From contig NC_045696.1 in the NCBI RefSeq assembly GCF_009834535.1, forward strand, positions 117,430,001 to 117,494,000: a stretch of 64,000 nucleotides of DNA, given 5' to 3'. The position numbers were made by a program, and so were the translations under genes. The number at the start of each line of letters is the position of its first letter. The stretch's first letter is position 1. Shown piece by piece: positions 23,850-37,710 of this stretch. The notes beneath the pieces were generated by a model. It saw only the letters and a program-made list of their open reading frames with translations, was not told the DNA's origin and did no database searches. This DNA comes from Camelus ferus (lineage: Eukaryota).

Positions 23850-24330
23850 ACATTTATTTGCCAAATGTGCTGAATCCATTAGTGTCCCAGCCAGTGTGCT
23901 AGCTCTTAAAAAAGTCACATGGGACCTAGTTTGAAATCATGGATAATTTAAAGACAAAAATACCTGCAACCTAAATGTGTAATAAGTGAGATAGGAGAGA
24001 CCAAAGCATTGCACTCCAAATATTCAAAGAGGAAGACTTTATTTCCAGATACACTGCTCTTAGAAGGGGCAATATTGGGTGGACCCTTAAAAGAATGGAT
24101 TGGATTTGGTTAGGCATTTGTCCAGGTAGAAGAATTAGTATGTACAAAAGATCAGAGATGGCACACAAAGAAAGACATTTGAGGACTATGGGCATTTTGG
24201 TGTAAGTGGAAACATAATGGAGCCATTTGGGGGCAAACCCAGAAAAATGAGGTAGGAATAGATCAGGAGGCCTTTTCCTGTCTAGGAGGCTAATGGTGCA
24301 AGGGAGCTGAATGGATTATGTTGAGAAGCC
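23850..24330 (-). mobile_element. L2 fragment
   Basis: Degenerate L2 3' region 'catttatttgccaaatgtgctgaatcc...gtcccagccagtgtgctag...ggacccttaaaagaatggattggatttggttagg'. Confidence 0.55.
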
Positions 24331-24549
24331 AAAAATAAGCAGTGAAGATGAAATTAATTGAACTTCAAATTAATTTTATGCCTGACAATAGATGGCACCA
24401 TCCTTGCAGATCTCCGTAAATCTATCCTACCAAACGTTGTTGAACACTAGTCACTATTTTATTTCCAAGGAAACAACAAAAAAAAATCTTTATAGAAAAT
24501 CTTGAGCCCTCCCAAACAGAACATCCCATCCTCTTTGGGTTCTTTTTAT

Positions 24550-24742
24550 AAGTTGACACTGACATTTATACCAGGATGTATCACACTAGATTGCAATAGT
24601 TTGTTTACAAGTCCGTGTTCCCCACTAGGCTATGAGTGCCTCAAATTCAGAAACTGTGTCTTATAATCCTTTCTACTTCTGTATCTGGCAAAACGCCCAG
24701 GACATGGTGAGTGTTTAGTAAATATTTGTTAAATGACTAAAC
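24550..24742 (+). mobile_element. L2 3' end
   Basis: 'ttgtttacaagtccgtgttccccactaggctatgagtgcctc...gtgtttagtaaatatttgttaaatgactaa'. Confidence 0.75.
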
Positions 24743-25914
24743 AGAGATTTCTGCTATATGTGGTTGCCTCCACCTAAACATTCTCCTTCTATCTACTCAT
24801 AAATGGAGGGTATTATATAAGAAATTGGAACGAAAAGGCTCTCATCCAGCTCGAGCTGTGAACAATAGTGAACTGCTCTGCTCTCAAGTACATTCTGTTT
24901 CCCATACCCATGATGCTTTGCCCTCTGGTCTCATTTCATCATCCATCCTTCAGTGTCCTTGGCCTCATGGTCCCTGGTTGCCGAGTTACATGGTACCATT
25001 GTTTTTCTACACTTGGCAGTGAGCAGCCACCCCTATGGAAATGAAGATGAAGGACTCCCAGTAAGTGTAGCTCAATCAAGGACAGCCTTAGTGTAAGTAG
25101 AATATCCTCTTCCTGCACAAAAGGGCCCCCTGAGTTCAAGGAATTAACTTTGGAAAGTGGTAAAATTGAAAGGAAATAGGCAACAGAGAAAATCTGATCT
25201 TACCCGACCGCCTCAGGAGTTCCTCTGCCGGTTAACTCTCAAATGTCATCTGAATGTGTCCTCCTGCCATTCTGTCTTGTCTGTTCTTTTCGAGAGAGTG
25301 TCAGAGGGTGCCTTCACCCCAGGGCTCACTTTAGGTGTGGAAGTAGGAAGAAAGCTGCTCTGCTGGATGGATTTGTTTCTTGGTATTGGAACGGGAGGCT
25401 CTATGAGACACAGAGTGCCCCCTGTTTATTGTGATAAAAACTGCCTGCAATACAGGCTGTTAGGTAGGGAGTTTTTAGATGGTGTCGTGATGTGAGATAC
25501 TTACTGTGATATCCAGGGACCCAGTGGTGCTCCCACAGCTGCATCCTGGGCCACTTACAAGGGACAGTTTTAAATCACTTTGATTTTAAAGCAATTTGAA
25601 ATCAGGGTGAACATCAGAACACAGTTTTATCATTTAAAAAAAAAAAGTATGGTGTAGAAGCTGAGTTCAGCAGTCGAGGGAGGAAAAGAAACACATCTTT
25701 GCAAAGATAGCAAAGCAGACTTGGGATGAAGAGGGAAGACTCAGGCTGGCTGGGTCTGGAGCCCAGCAAGGTGCTTACTTCCCAGGGGTCAGCCTCCCCA
25801 TCAGTGGAACAAGACAGTAAGAATGGCTACCCCACAGGCAGGCTCAATGAAACAGCGCTCTTAACAAATTACTCGATGCTAAGCACATATTAATTACTCG
25901 AATTATTATCATAA

Positions 25915-26152
25915 TTAGCATTGGTTGTGGAGTCTGGCTTCTTAAGTGGTTTGAATCCTACTTTGCTCTGTATCTACTAATCATACAGCCTTGGGCATAA
26001 CCTCCTTACCTCAGCTTCCACATCTATAAAATTGGATAGAATATCCTTTTAGGTTTGGTGTACAAAATGAGTGGATATCTATGTAAAGTATTTGGCAGCG
26101 TGCCTGGTATATAGTAAGCACTCAATAAATGTAAACTATTATTGTTATTATT
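25915..26152 (+). mobile_element. MIR SINE, near full length
   Basis: 'ggtttgaatcctactttgctc...ccttgggc...cctcagcttccacatctataaaattgg...gtgcctggtatatagtaagcactcaataaatgtaaactattatt'. Confidence 0.85.
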
Positions 26153-26324
26153 ACCATTGCTGCTAAGATTATTCACAGGGCAGGATCAATATTCTCTGGG
26201 AAAAAGATAAAATAACCCATTGTAGCCATTTTGAAGATTTTTCTGAGGACCAAGAAGCAAAAAGCTGACAATTAGATGATACTAAAGGTGCAAAACTTCA
26301 AAAAAAGTTAATTCCTTTAAAAAA

Positions 26325-28393
26325 AAACTATTTTTTGGAAATAATTTTGTATTTATAGAAGATGTGCAGAGTGCAGAGTTGCCTTATATATGCCTCACCC
26401 AGCTTCCCCTAACATTAGCTTATTACAGAACCACGGTCCGATGATCTAAAGTAAGAAATTAACATTGCTACAATACCATTAACTAAATGACAGGCTTTAT
26501 TCAGATTTCACCAGTTCTCCACTAATGTCCTTTCTTCCATTCCAGGGTCCAATCCAGAATCCACATTGTACCAGACGTGTCTGCTTCATCTCCTCCAATC
26601 TGCGACGTTCCCTCAGTTTATCATTGTCTCTCATGACCCTGACGTTTCGAAAAATGCTGGTCAGATAATGTGTTAGACTGTCCCTAAATTTGGGTTTGTC
26701 TTAAGTTTTCTCATGATCAGACTGAGATGATGAAATTCAGGGAAGAGCACCACAGAGGTGAGGTGCCTCCTCGGGGCATGACACGAGAAGGTACGTGGTA
26801 CCAACAGGCTTTGTTACTGGTGATGTTAACTGTGATCACTTGGCTAAGAAAGCTTGCTGCCAGGTTTCTCCACTGTCTAGTTACTATTTTCCCCTTTTCC
26901 TCTCTATTAAGTAGAAATGAGTCACTATGTATGGCCCTTGCTGAAGGGGAGAAGAAAGGATCTCCACCTTGTGGTATCAAAGAATTCACGGCTGTATAAT
27001 CACAAAATATGTATAATTAATACATGTTTTGAGGAGGGATCATTTGTGGTGATGCAAAGCTTTCTTCTTAAACTTTTGCCCACTGATTTTAGCATTCATC
27101 GCTATATCTTACCTGCAGCGACTTTTACTGTAATGTCCTAGTGGTAATTTTCTATGTCCCTCATTCTGTCTGTATTTATTCATTGGAATTTCTCTGAAAG
27201 CAAAAAGTGACCTCCTTTATTTATTTCTTTAAGTATGAACTATCAGTGTGTATTTTACTCTTCGGGCTATAATTCAATACTATATTATTTTTGATGCTCA
27301 AATTGTTACAGCTTTGACCACTGGGAAAACTTTACAGTTGCTCGTTCCTGTATCCTTTTGACTTTTTTTTCCTCACTTTTTTACTTTTTGAAACCACAGG
27401 ATGCTCTGGTCTCAGCTTATATGTTCCCTGCCTCAGCCTTTTCTTCAAGGAGATCTGATTCCTTTTATTGGAGAATGGTACTTAGAAACCAAGTTCTGGG
27501 TGTTAAAAAGGGGCGTCACTGCTACAAGGCCCTCCCTGGGAATGTATGTATGTATGTTGACCAGTGAATACACACACACACATGGATGCATCCTCATTTT
27601 TATCTCTAACTGCGTACATATTAAAATAAACATGAGTTCATACTGGTACCTCTGAATCTCATCTGGGACCACAAGGTTCATTCAAGGTTTCCCCCGATTA
27701 TTTGTAAACTTCTTTTCCAGCAGTGAGAAACCTGGCGTTTGTTTACTGCAATATATGTATCATTTGTTCAATTGTAGTTTCAGGATCGCTAACTCATACC
27801 CTTACAAGAGACACATTTATCAACTAGGGTAAATAGTGCGTCTACAGTTTTGGTCTCCAGGCTGACAGCGTCTAGTTAAAATACTGTTTGCTGAAGTTCC
27901 GTGGGTCAGCACCTTTCTTTCCTCATCACTTTTAGTAATTATATCATGCATTTATTTATCACAGTCTGTATTCCTTCTTGGCGTCCACTGACATCCTATT
28001 GCTTTCAATTTACATAAGTAAGATTCATTCTTTGTGATGTTCATTTCTATGGATTTTGACGAATGCATAGAATCATGCATCCACCATCCCAATACCATTC
28101 AGAACATCACCCTCCAAATTCCCTCGTGCTGCTCCTTTGAATCAGTGCCTCCCCCACTCCCCCCACCGCCGGTCTGCTTTCCATTTCTATAATTTTCCTT
28201 TTCTAGAATGCCGTATAAATAGAATCACACAATATGTAGACTTCTGTATTTGTCTTTTTCATTGAAGAAAATGCATTTAAAGTGATGTTATTACATGAAT
28301 CAATAGTGGGCTCCTTTTTGTTGCTAAGTAATATTCCATTTTGTGGGTACTCTGCAGCTGGTTTATCCATTCTCCTGTTGAAGGACATCTAAA
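26325..28393 (-). mobile_element. Ancient L1MC/L1MD-type 3' region (about 2 kb)
   Basis: 'ttcagatttcaccagttctccactaatgtcc', 'gagcaccacagaggtgaggtgcc', 'caggtttctccactg' and the ORF2-end signature 'tttatccattctcctgttgaaggacatct'. Confidence 0.85.
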
Positions 28394-28665
28394 ATGAACA
28401 GATTCAGGGGAAGTAAGAATTCCACACCTGACACAAGCCCGACAACTGAAGCCCCCAAAGGAAGGCACTGGACTTTTCACACATCAAAGATTTGGGTGTT
28501 TGAGATGAGGGGATCTCAGCTAAGCCTTCAGCTCATAGTTAGCAGTGCATTCCTGTGGCCAGGAATAGGGTAACACTCAGGGTTGGAGTATACAAATGGT
28601 GCATCTCTTGTGTGTATTATCTGATTGAAAATCACTTTTAAAATATATATTGACTTTTAATATAA

Positions 28666-28688
28666 ATATATATATATATATATATATA
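28666..28688. repeat. (TA)n microsatellite
   Basis: Directly visible. Confidence 0.9.
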
Positions 28689-29420
28689 CATTCATAAAGG
28701 CACAGCAAACTGAGCATGTAAAAATAATCTATTTTGGTCTCTACATTCTACCATCAAAAGAAAGCAAAGAGGTCAACTTGCTCAAACCACTTGGAATTAT
28801 TTAAGAAGTGGTATTATCTATCTGCAAAAGAGAAAATACAGTTGAGGTGACTGTCAGAATGTTACTCTGGGAGAAGATAATGCATAATTATGAATTTATG
28901 TTTAAAATGGCCTCAGTCTCCTCCAGAAGGAAAATTGGGCATTTTCACAGGGAGCTGGATAAAAGGAGAGATGGCAAATGAGGTGGACTGGGATTCTGGT
29001 GATGCTTGGAACCACTGTTCCCCATCTGAGTCCTGCAAAGACACTGAAGCCCCCTGCACATAACGTATTGCTTGCAAAAGGCAAATTGGGCATAAAATGC
29101 CAATGATTTTACACCTGAGACACAAAAGCAAGACATATTACAAACAAGTGTATTTTGGGAGATTCTTTCAAAACAGTTAATCACTAACTTTGGCTCGTAG
29201 TCTGTTGTATGAACTTCAGTACCAAACAAGAGGCAGTTGGAGTTACTGTCAACAACAGAAGCACTGCAGAAGAAAGTCAAAATTTTAAAAGAAAACCTCC
29301 TGTACATTTATATTGTAGGAACATGTCTTATAAACAAGGGAGAAAATGTCACTAAAAACTCAACTCAAGGTATTATTCTTGGAAATAGTCACGTTCACAT
29401 TGTCTTGTATTTTTAGGGGG

Positions 29421-29496
29421 TTCTTTTTTGTTTGTTTGTTTGTTTGGGTTTTTGTTTTTTTTGTTTTTTTGTTTTTGTTTTTTTTTTTTTTTTTTT
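29421..29496. repeat. (TTTG)n / poly-T tract
   Basis: Directly visible. Confidence 0.9.
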
Positions 29497-29666
29497 GTCT
29501 CCAGAATATCTCATGCCCTTTACTGAAACTAACACGGAGAAATTACACTCCTCTGAATTCCCTTGAATTTGGTCCATGTTAGGGATACAACACCCGTATC
29601 AATCCAAGTACATTTGAAAGGGGGCGTTTTTCATCTTAATCCTGATAGACAATATTCTTTAACGTT

Positions 29667-30125
29667 TGTCTTGATTTCATTCCCCCAGAAGCGGACCCTG
29701 ACATAAGGGTTTGAAAGCAAGTAGAATATTTGGAACATGATCCCAGGAAACTCGGGTAAGGGAATGGGGAAGAGAGATAAAAAGGAGATAAAATCCAGTA
29801 AAGTGCCTCATCAAGGAAATAATAGCTGTGGACCACAGAGACTCCACACTCCTGGAGAGCCGTGGGAGACGGTGCAGAACACACTCAGAGTTATTCCAAC
29901 TGAGGGGCCCTGCAGCCAGAAATAGGCCTGCCAATGCCTCAAGTGTCTGCTGAGAGCTGCTTCGAGGGACAGTTAACTCTGCAGTTTGCCCTGTGGCTGG
30001 ACCACCCATCCAGCAGGGACCAGAGAAGCCCTTTGGAGAGAGACGAAAGTGCTTGCCTAAGCAGCTTTGGGAGACTGTAGAGGCAAGTAGTAAAGGGATG
30101 TGTGTAGGGTACCCATAGCACCCTG
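29667..30125 (-). mobile_element. LTR33-like ERVL solo LTR
   Basis: 'tgtcttgatttcattcccccagaagcggaccctgacataagggtttgaaagcaagtag...tgatcccaggaa...cagaacacactcagagttattcc' matches the recalled LTR33/LTR16-group reverse strand. Confidence 0.8.
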
Positions 30126-30894
30126 ACGTCACTCGAGCATCACTCACAGACCCGTCGCAGAACTGTGGGATGAAAGCAATGTACAAATACTGAGGGATCG
30201 AGTCCTTTCTGCAGTTGGTTCTGATGCCATCTTCGCATTTTAGGCCCCCATGTTTTTGTAGTGAGCACCTTATAGTCTTTTAGGGAGGGAGAAAGGGAAG
30301 AATTATGAACGCGTTGCTGGTGTTCCCAGCTGAGTCTACGTGAAATTCATGCAGTTGTGACTTCGGGAATGAGGGGAGGAGAGAGTGGAAAGATGGTGAG
30401 TTCTGATACAAAGGGCAGCAGAAATGGGAAGTAGGAGAGAAGAGTCCATACGGTGGTGTCTGTTCCCCAGCTTGGCCCCAGGGACTCTGAGTGCTGGGGT
30501 CAGTCCCCTCAGCACAAGCGTCAATAATTTGGAAGAAGACAACCAAGTATTAGCCTCTGTGCTCAAAGCGAGGCACCTCTCCAGTGGCTTCACAGGTGAC
30601 ATATCACAGGGTGGGTAGGGTTTAACATGTGGGAGAAATGGTCATGGAGACCGGAGGTACTGTCAACCACTCTGGGATACCAGAGAGGCTTCAGAGGAGG
30701 GGTGGTGTGACACAGGAGCTGGGTAGAGAAATGGGCCGAGCATCGTCATGGAGAGGAATGGACAAGACTCAGATACTGCTTGAGGAGTGTGGGGGGACTT
30801 CAAGATGGATAAAGGCTGGAGTGAAGTTCTTGGGTAACAAAATCAGGACACCAGTGAGAAACCCCGTGGGTCTCTGGAATGGCTCTGGAGCAAG

Positions 30895-31015
30895 GATTTA
30901 TTCCTTTAACAAATGTTGATCAAGCTTTTAATACTTGTCAGGCATTATTCCACACCCTGGGGATACATCACCCAAGATAGAAAGTTCCTACTCTCACAGA
31001 GCTTACAGTTTAATG
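30895..31015 (-). mobile_element. L2 3' end
   Basis: 'ttattcctttaacaaatgttgatcaagc...gtcaggcatt...ctggggatacatc...cctactctcacagagcttacagttta'. Confidence 0.7.
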
Positions 31016-31194
31016 CAGCAATAGGCTATGTGTACATGCTACTAGCAATCGATTCTACTTTTTTTAAACATCTTTTTTATTGTCAAACAGTAATTATCCT
31101 TTAAATTTATTCTCTTAGGATCAGGAAATGTGGATTCTGCATATAGAAATGACCCAGGATGAAAATAGTTGCATCGAAATTGAATATGCACAAT

Positions 31195-32197
31195 ATCCCC
31201 ATTAGTCTAAGCTATTTTTGGTAATTCTATTCTTCTTGCAAGTGATTGGCTAAGGCGATGGCATGTGATACAACTCTGGCCAATGAGACTTAAAGGAGAG
31301 TCTGCTAAGGAGCTTTTTTTTAATTGGAGTAAAGTCAGTTACAATGTGTCAACTTCTCATGTACAGCACAATGTCCCAGTCATGCATATATATACATATA
31401 ATCATTTTCATATTTTTTATTAAAAGTTATTGCAGGATATTGAATATAATTCCCTGTGCTATATAGCAGAAACTTTTAAAAATCTATTTTTATATATAGT
31501 GGCTAAAATTTGTAAATCTCAAACTCCCAAAGTTATCCTTTCCCATCCCCTTTCCCTGGTAACCATAAGATTGTTTACTATGTCTGTGAGTTGGTTTCTG
31601 TTTTGTAGATAAGTTCATAATGTCCTTTTTTTTTTAGATTCCACATATGAGCGATATCATATGGTATTTTTCTTTCTCTTTCTGGCTTACTTCACTTAGA
31701 ATCATGATCTCTAGGTCCATCCATGTTGCTGCAAATAGCATTGTATTCTTTTTTATGGCTGAGTAGTATTCCACTGAATGAAATACACCACGACTTCTTT
31801 ATCCAGTCATCTGTCGATGGACATTTAAGTTGCTTCCACATCTTGGCTTTTCTAAGGAGCTTCTGAAAAATAAGTTTTCCTTCTTGACAAAAAGACACTC
31901 AAGGAGAAATTTCCTCTTTTCTGTCTCTCCACATTGGTTGTGTGAGAACATGGCATCTAGGACCACAGAAACTTTCTTGTTTTTATGAGGAAAAAAACTA
32001 AGGGGAAATGCTGACAAGGTGCAGATGGAGAATGGACAGATACGTAGAACCTGGGTCATTAGTATCTGCTCTAGGCCAGTGATGGAAGAAATCCTGGACT
32101 TGCTCCCGTTTCTGAGCATATAAATTCTTCTCATTGTTAAATCTAGCTTTCAGAGCATATTCTGCTACTTGCATCCAAAAGCATGCTCTCTAATGGA
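31195..32197 (+). mobile_element. MLT1I/J-like MaLR LTR, interrupted by L1
   Basis: 'gtgattggctaagg...gcatgtgatacaactctggccaatgagac...gtctgctaaggagctt' continues after the L1 as 'ctgaaaaataag...agaacctgggtc...ttctgctacttgcatccaaaagcat'. Confidence 0.75.
31316..31851 (-). mobile_element. 5'-truncated camelid-type L1 with perfect TSD
   Basis: L1 3'UTR and ORF2 end on the minus strand. TSD ctaaggagctt at 31305-31315 and 31852-31862. Confidence 0.93.
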
Positions 32198-35119
32198 TTC
32201 AGTGAGTTTACCAATCAATCAAGAACATCTTTTTAACATTGTTACCAAATGTTCAAAACTGCCCAGGTTATATCACTGAAAACAGAAATGGTATTTCTTG
32301 ACTTAAAGTAAATCTGTTTCTACCAAAGCATTCTATAGATGGATTTTACTTGCTTTGTTCTTATGCCTCTTGAAATAGAAGCCTTATAGTTTTCTCCATA
32401 GAGCTTTAAAAAAAGTATATATTGGAGGTACTAAATATGCCAATTGATAAATTTTTAATAAGGAAGAAGAATGAAAGTAGTTCAAGCCCAAATATCGTAG
32501 TAAACAGCTATCAGAATTCCTTATGGGAAACTTGCCCTTGTAGTCATTTGTTTAGCATCCAGGGCATGCCGTCCTTCATCATCTATTTTTAAGGTGCAGA
32601 GGATGCCCTGCCCTGTCTCTCCTTCAACACCACTTCTTCTGAATGGTCACCCCACCAGCCACTTACTTTACGGAACAACAAAAAAAAAATCTTCCAATGT
32701 CACTCAATGTAAGAAGTATCATGAGCCAGTAAGAAAATTTCCAATTATACCCTGACCTAACTTCTTTTATGGTGTCTTTATATTCCCATAAATCAAAACA
32801 GGCGAACCTTTAACACCCTCTTTGGAAAGTTAAATTTAAAAAAAAAAAGAAAAGAAAGAAGCAGTTTTTCCTCACTGTCAGATTTTACTGTTATATTGTG
32901 AAGACCTTTCAAGACTTTTCCAATATAAACAATGTCAGGAGAAATCTCAAAATACATCGTATGATCTGAATTACAGATGACAAATGGCCCGAGTTTCCCA
33001 TCATTCCAATGTTGTCAATTTGGCCTTCCTCTTCATTGACTCAGGACAGACAGTGGGACTCCAGACTCAGGCCTGCATTAAGTATCACATCCAGTAAATG
33101 AATTTATTTCCTTTACCAATATCATTGCATCAGGGAGAGTTGGGGGGAACACGGGCTTGGAAGAACATTCCTGGTAGCTTCAGATAGTTCCATTTCCTTC
33201 CTGTAGTCCTAATAAAGATGAAAAAGAAAGAAACAATGAAGACAGAAGGAGTATTCATCTGTTTTAGAATTCCCCTCCATGTTTCGCACAAATTCACTGC
33301 ATGATTTAAAAAAAAAAAAAAATCCAACACTTGCTCAAAAGAGTGGGCCCACGAGCCCTCCATCTCCACCTGTCCGCCTTCCTCAGAACCACCAAGTTCA
33401 CAGGTGATGCGGAGGGAGGTGTCTCCGATCCTGGGTGCCAACCCCCGTGATCCAATTTATTCCCTTCCTGAAAGCTTCCTTCCTCAGATGTGGCAATCAC
33501 ACCACCTCACCTGCCTCCTCCAAGAGCTTTGTTAAGTTTCCTGATTTGTTTTCCCCCTGCTTAAATAATCCAAAACCTGCTACTGCACCATAGTACTTCG
33601 CAAAAGAACAGATGCGTTTGGGTGCACCTGGGGACAGCTGCGGTCTGGACTCCAGGCCCCCATCAATTATCACCCCTCTTACACTCACCCTCCCCTCCAT
33701 CACGTTGCCACCTGTGCTTCTGTGTGTTCCTGAGACTCCTTGGGAAAAAAAATGCAGTGAGTGGCATTTGGGAGTCTCTCCGATTCCCACACCATGTAGA
33801 GTCCTTCCTTCCATCCTTCTTTTTCAACGTACTCATTGTAAATGCAAATACGAAGAAATGCCTCCAGAAAGCACAGACTTCAAGCTCAACCCAGACAAAG
33901 GTGAGCAGCTGCCAGGACTCCCATCTGAGGCATGGCTTTGTAATGACTGCAGGCTAACGATGCCCCTTGCCTTCAAGGGCAGAAATGGCCCAAGAGGGAG
34001 GTGACCACTGTGCACCCGAGAGCCGCCCAGCCAGGGGACGTTTTTCAATATATTACAATTATTAAAACACCTGTGTTAAAGACCCTGCTCCAGGATGAAA
34101 TGTTCCTGAATCTCTGAAATTACCCCTTTCTTACCTCGGCTGGCTTATTGACTGCATTTCGGGCAGCACTAGAAAACGGAGGCAAAGCCAGATTCAGAAC
34201 GTCTTGTGGCTTTTTCTCACCTGTGTTGTGAGGCATGCTGCATCTGCTTCGAAACTTCTCGCGCTCTCTTATTCTCCTGCTATCCCAGTGAAAGCCAACC
34301 CAGATTTAAATGGCACTAAAAAGGCAACGGTAGGCAGGCTGAAGATCCAGCCCCGGGATGAGCCACGCTGTTTACTTGGATTGAGATTGCCGTGGGAGGC
34401 GTCTTTCGTGCGTGTTTCCTACTAGCATCAGATGCTTTGGGGAAAGGTCACTTCAGGGAGGAACCCAGCAGGAGGGACAGAAATGCAGTTTTAAGTGAAG
34501 AAATTCCCTCCTGCTTCTCAAGATGTACCCAGCGCCCGTGTCAGATGCTCAGAGTGTTTGAAAGCAGCTGGTCACTTAGATCGAAAATCACACAGATGGA
34601 TGAAAAGTTCTCGCAAGGATTAAGAAATGTCTTTGAAAGAGCCTTGGCCACATGGGTTCTGTGGCCATCGGCAAGGCTAGGACTTCAGCCTCGTTGCTCA
34701 CAAGCCCACAGACTCCTACCGTCTGAACAGAGTTCTGCCTCTAGCAGAGTTTTTGCTTCCTTCAAATGCAATTTCTTCTTTGGCCCGGGGTTTCTTTCCT
34801 AAACAGGAGGGCTCCGTTCAGGTCCTGGCAAGGGAGACAGGGCCCGGTGGAAGGAAGCCATCCCAGGTTCTAAGGAGATTCAACTCCTGTTTACTCTCTG
34901 AACTTCCTTGAAGCACGGAAGGGCCCTGGGTCTGCCCTAGAGTTGCACCCACACTTGAACTTCTTGACTATCCCTAGGCTTAGAATCAAATCAGACCAAG
35001 CCAGGTTGAGCCCATAAATGCAACCCTTGACTCCCTGCTACCCCCATGCAACCTAGGAACGTACAAGTGGGTGCCATTTGAACCTTGCAAATCTTCTCTT
35101 GAGCAACCTCTAACCTTCC

Positions 35120-35352
35120 ATTGGTGCTTAATATGTTCCAGGAACTACCCTAAGGCACCTTACATGAAATGTCTTATGTGTTCCTCACAGCAAGCTGGGG
35201 CAGAAGACACTGTTGGTTTTCCCATTTTATAAATGAAGAAGCTGAACTCTAAGGTGCGTCAGTAACTTTCCCAAGGCCACCGGGCTAGAAAATACTAGAA
35301 CCAGAAGAGGCCCCACACTAATTCCAAGGCCTGTACGCTTTTAACCACCGTG
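35120..35352 (-). mobile_element. MIR SINE
   Basis: 'tgcttaatatgttccagg...cccattttataaatgaagaagctgaactc...gtaactttcccaaggccac...cttttaaccac'. Confidence 0.8.
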
Positions 35353-35379
35353 TGACTCACCCCTCCCCCATCAGAGTCA

Positions 35380-35380
<1 letters not shown>

Positions 35381-35416
<36 letters not shown>
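35381..35416. repeat. (CA)18 microsatellite
   Basis: Directly visible. Confidence 0.97.
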
Positions 35417-35418
<2 letters not shown>

Positions 35419-35467
35419 TACCTGTTTAACCTCATGAAGAGCATCAGCAGTGTAAAAGAGAGTCACA

Positions 35468-36090
35468 GTCAGATACGCTTTTCTTTCTCAGACTGGAAAA
35501 TGTTTACAATAGTATTATCTGGGCAGGGCTGGGGGATGCGGATAAGGATCTCACTGCTTCAGGGGGGTCTAAGTAGGTACAAATTGTCTGGAGGGCAATT
35601 GGACAATAGTATCAAATGCTTGGGGATTTCACCTTCTCCTCCAAATCAGCAAATTTATGCCCAAGGATTTCTCCGAAGGCAACGATTTAGACACGTGTGA
35701 GAAGATAAATACACCATGATTGCATCATAGCCTTGTTGGCAGTGGAGTGGGAATCAGTCCCAATGTTCAGTAGCAGGCAACTGGCCAAACTGTGGTATAT
35801 CCATACATTGGAAGACTTATAGTTGCTCAAAGTTGTGATTTAAATGTACACTAAATGATACGGAAATATGTTGAAGATACAAAGCCATATGATCATATAA
35901 TCCCCCCTCCCCCCCCTTTTTTTTTTTTTGGAACATTTATACACACCCTTGGAGATTTCATGAAAAAGCATTTCTTACTCCCATGTGTTCGACTCCGATT
36001 TTCTTTGGCTTGTGGAATTGCGTGCAGGGGTTTTTATTTTTCATTTTCTCTGGCTGAATAATGTGTTATCTGTGTAATCAAAACTTTTTA
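35468..36090 (+). mobile_element. Ancient L1ME-type fragment
   Basis: Degenerate ORF2 end 'gtacaaattgtctggagggcaattggacaatagtatcaaa' and 'aaactgtggtatatccatacattggaa'. Confidence 0.6.
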
Positions 36091-37710
36091 AAAAGCTGCT
36101 CACTGTGGTAATAAGATTAAACTGATTGTATAAATCAGCAAATCTCAACAATATGGTATAGGCAGTTACAGATGTGAGATCAGTTATGACATGTCAACAT
36201 TTTCTTATTACAAGTAATTCTGAACTAAAATTAGCCAGTGCTTTGTAAATTCAAAGTTATCCCTTTAATAACGACCTTTTTTACTCCCTTTGGTTCCAAG
36301 ATGCTCTCCTGAGTAGAGGTAGAAGGAAGGGATTAGAATTCCCACTGACCGGGGATGTTCATGCCAACCACAGCTGATGGGATCCAATGCGAAGCCATCT
36401 CCCCCCTTCAAAGTGACAGCATCTGGTCTTGGTGGTGGTGGGGGTCAAACTCTAGCTAACGTCTGCATGAGAATGACCATTTGTCACGTGGCCTCTGCAG
36501 AAAATAAAAGTTGAGAACAAAAGCCCTAGACTGCTCAGATTATTTCCAAACAAAAAATGTTTAAAGTTCAACACTGTCCAAAAAACTTCATACTTAAAAT
36601 TTATCACACCACTCCAGTTCTTAATGTTTCAAGCTAAGCCCACAGATTAGAAGATTCTGACTCGAACTCCATCCCTTTCTGCCACTTTCTCCGTCCACCC
36701 TTACAAGGCTTTCCAGAGGTCAGATCCCTGGATCCAAGGATGCAGGTCCAAGTCAGTGTCAGGATGTCGACCAATGTGACTCTGAACCATATGCTTATCT
36801 CCAATTCCCTACCCCAAATTGTACAGTTTGGCCAAAGGAACCCAAAATAAATTACTCAGCTGAATTGTTTGCCAATGTGGCAAAGATCAAAGCACATGCC
36901 TGATAAATTGTAGGCGGCTGACACCTTTCTGGGCTGCAAAAAACAAGCGTTATGTGGCTTGAAACCATCCTGCAACCACGCACTTTTGTTGTTTGTTTAT
37001 CACTTCATTCAGTAACTGTGCTAACTGATCGTCCAGGGCACGCCCTTCAACAAGATCGAATGTGCCGACAATGTGAGGGCCCAGGTGAGTCATTGTTTCC
37101 ACCACTGACATTAGGATTAAGCATTTGTCAGATAAGGAAAATCCTACAGTTCAACTGGGAGCATGGGTGACAGTTCAGATAAAAAGTATTTGGAATACAC
37201 GTTGCTATCTGATAAACATCTCAATCTACTTCCTTGTTATTATATCCTTGTAGAAATCTGTAGAAATCACAAGATTCTGTTTTTGAATACCATACAGCTA
37301 TAAACATTTACATTTGTTTGGGTTTAAATAACTATCCATGTATATGTGTATACTGTGTGTATTTGCATATATATCAAGATACATATCGTAATGTGCTATA
37401 ATTCACACCAAAGTTAAGCCCGAAGCGATTTTGCACACCAAACCGTATTTTAGTCACTTCAATAGAAATATTTAGTGAGCACTCTATGTGCAAGATCTTG
37501 TGGAAGATGCTAGCAAGAGACACAAAAATGAATAAGAAATGCAATATGTATACTCTCCAGGAGCTGACAGTCTTTCAGGTGGTTGGAAAGACAAGTAAAC
37601 AAACACATATTAGGTGAACTCAGCCAAGTGACAACGAGAGAGATGTAAAGAAAGTCTTATGGGTATTTCAAAAATTATATAGAGAGACATATGTAAAGAT
37701 GGGTCTAGAT

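Noticed and set aside
29677..30186. Longest ORF in the track (169 aa)
   Set aside because: It lies almost wholly in an LTR33-like LTR and has no recognisable domain.
33612..34802. 130-aa and 136-aa ORFs as exons
   Set aside because: No recognisable protein similarity and no consistent exon-intron signals.
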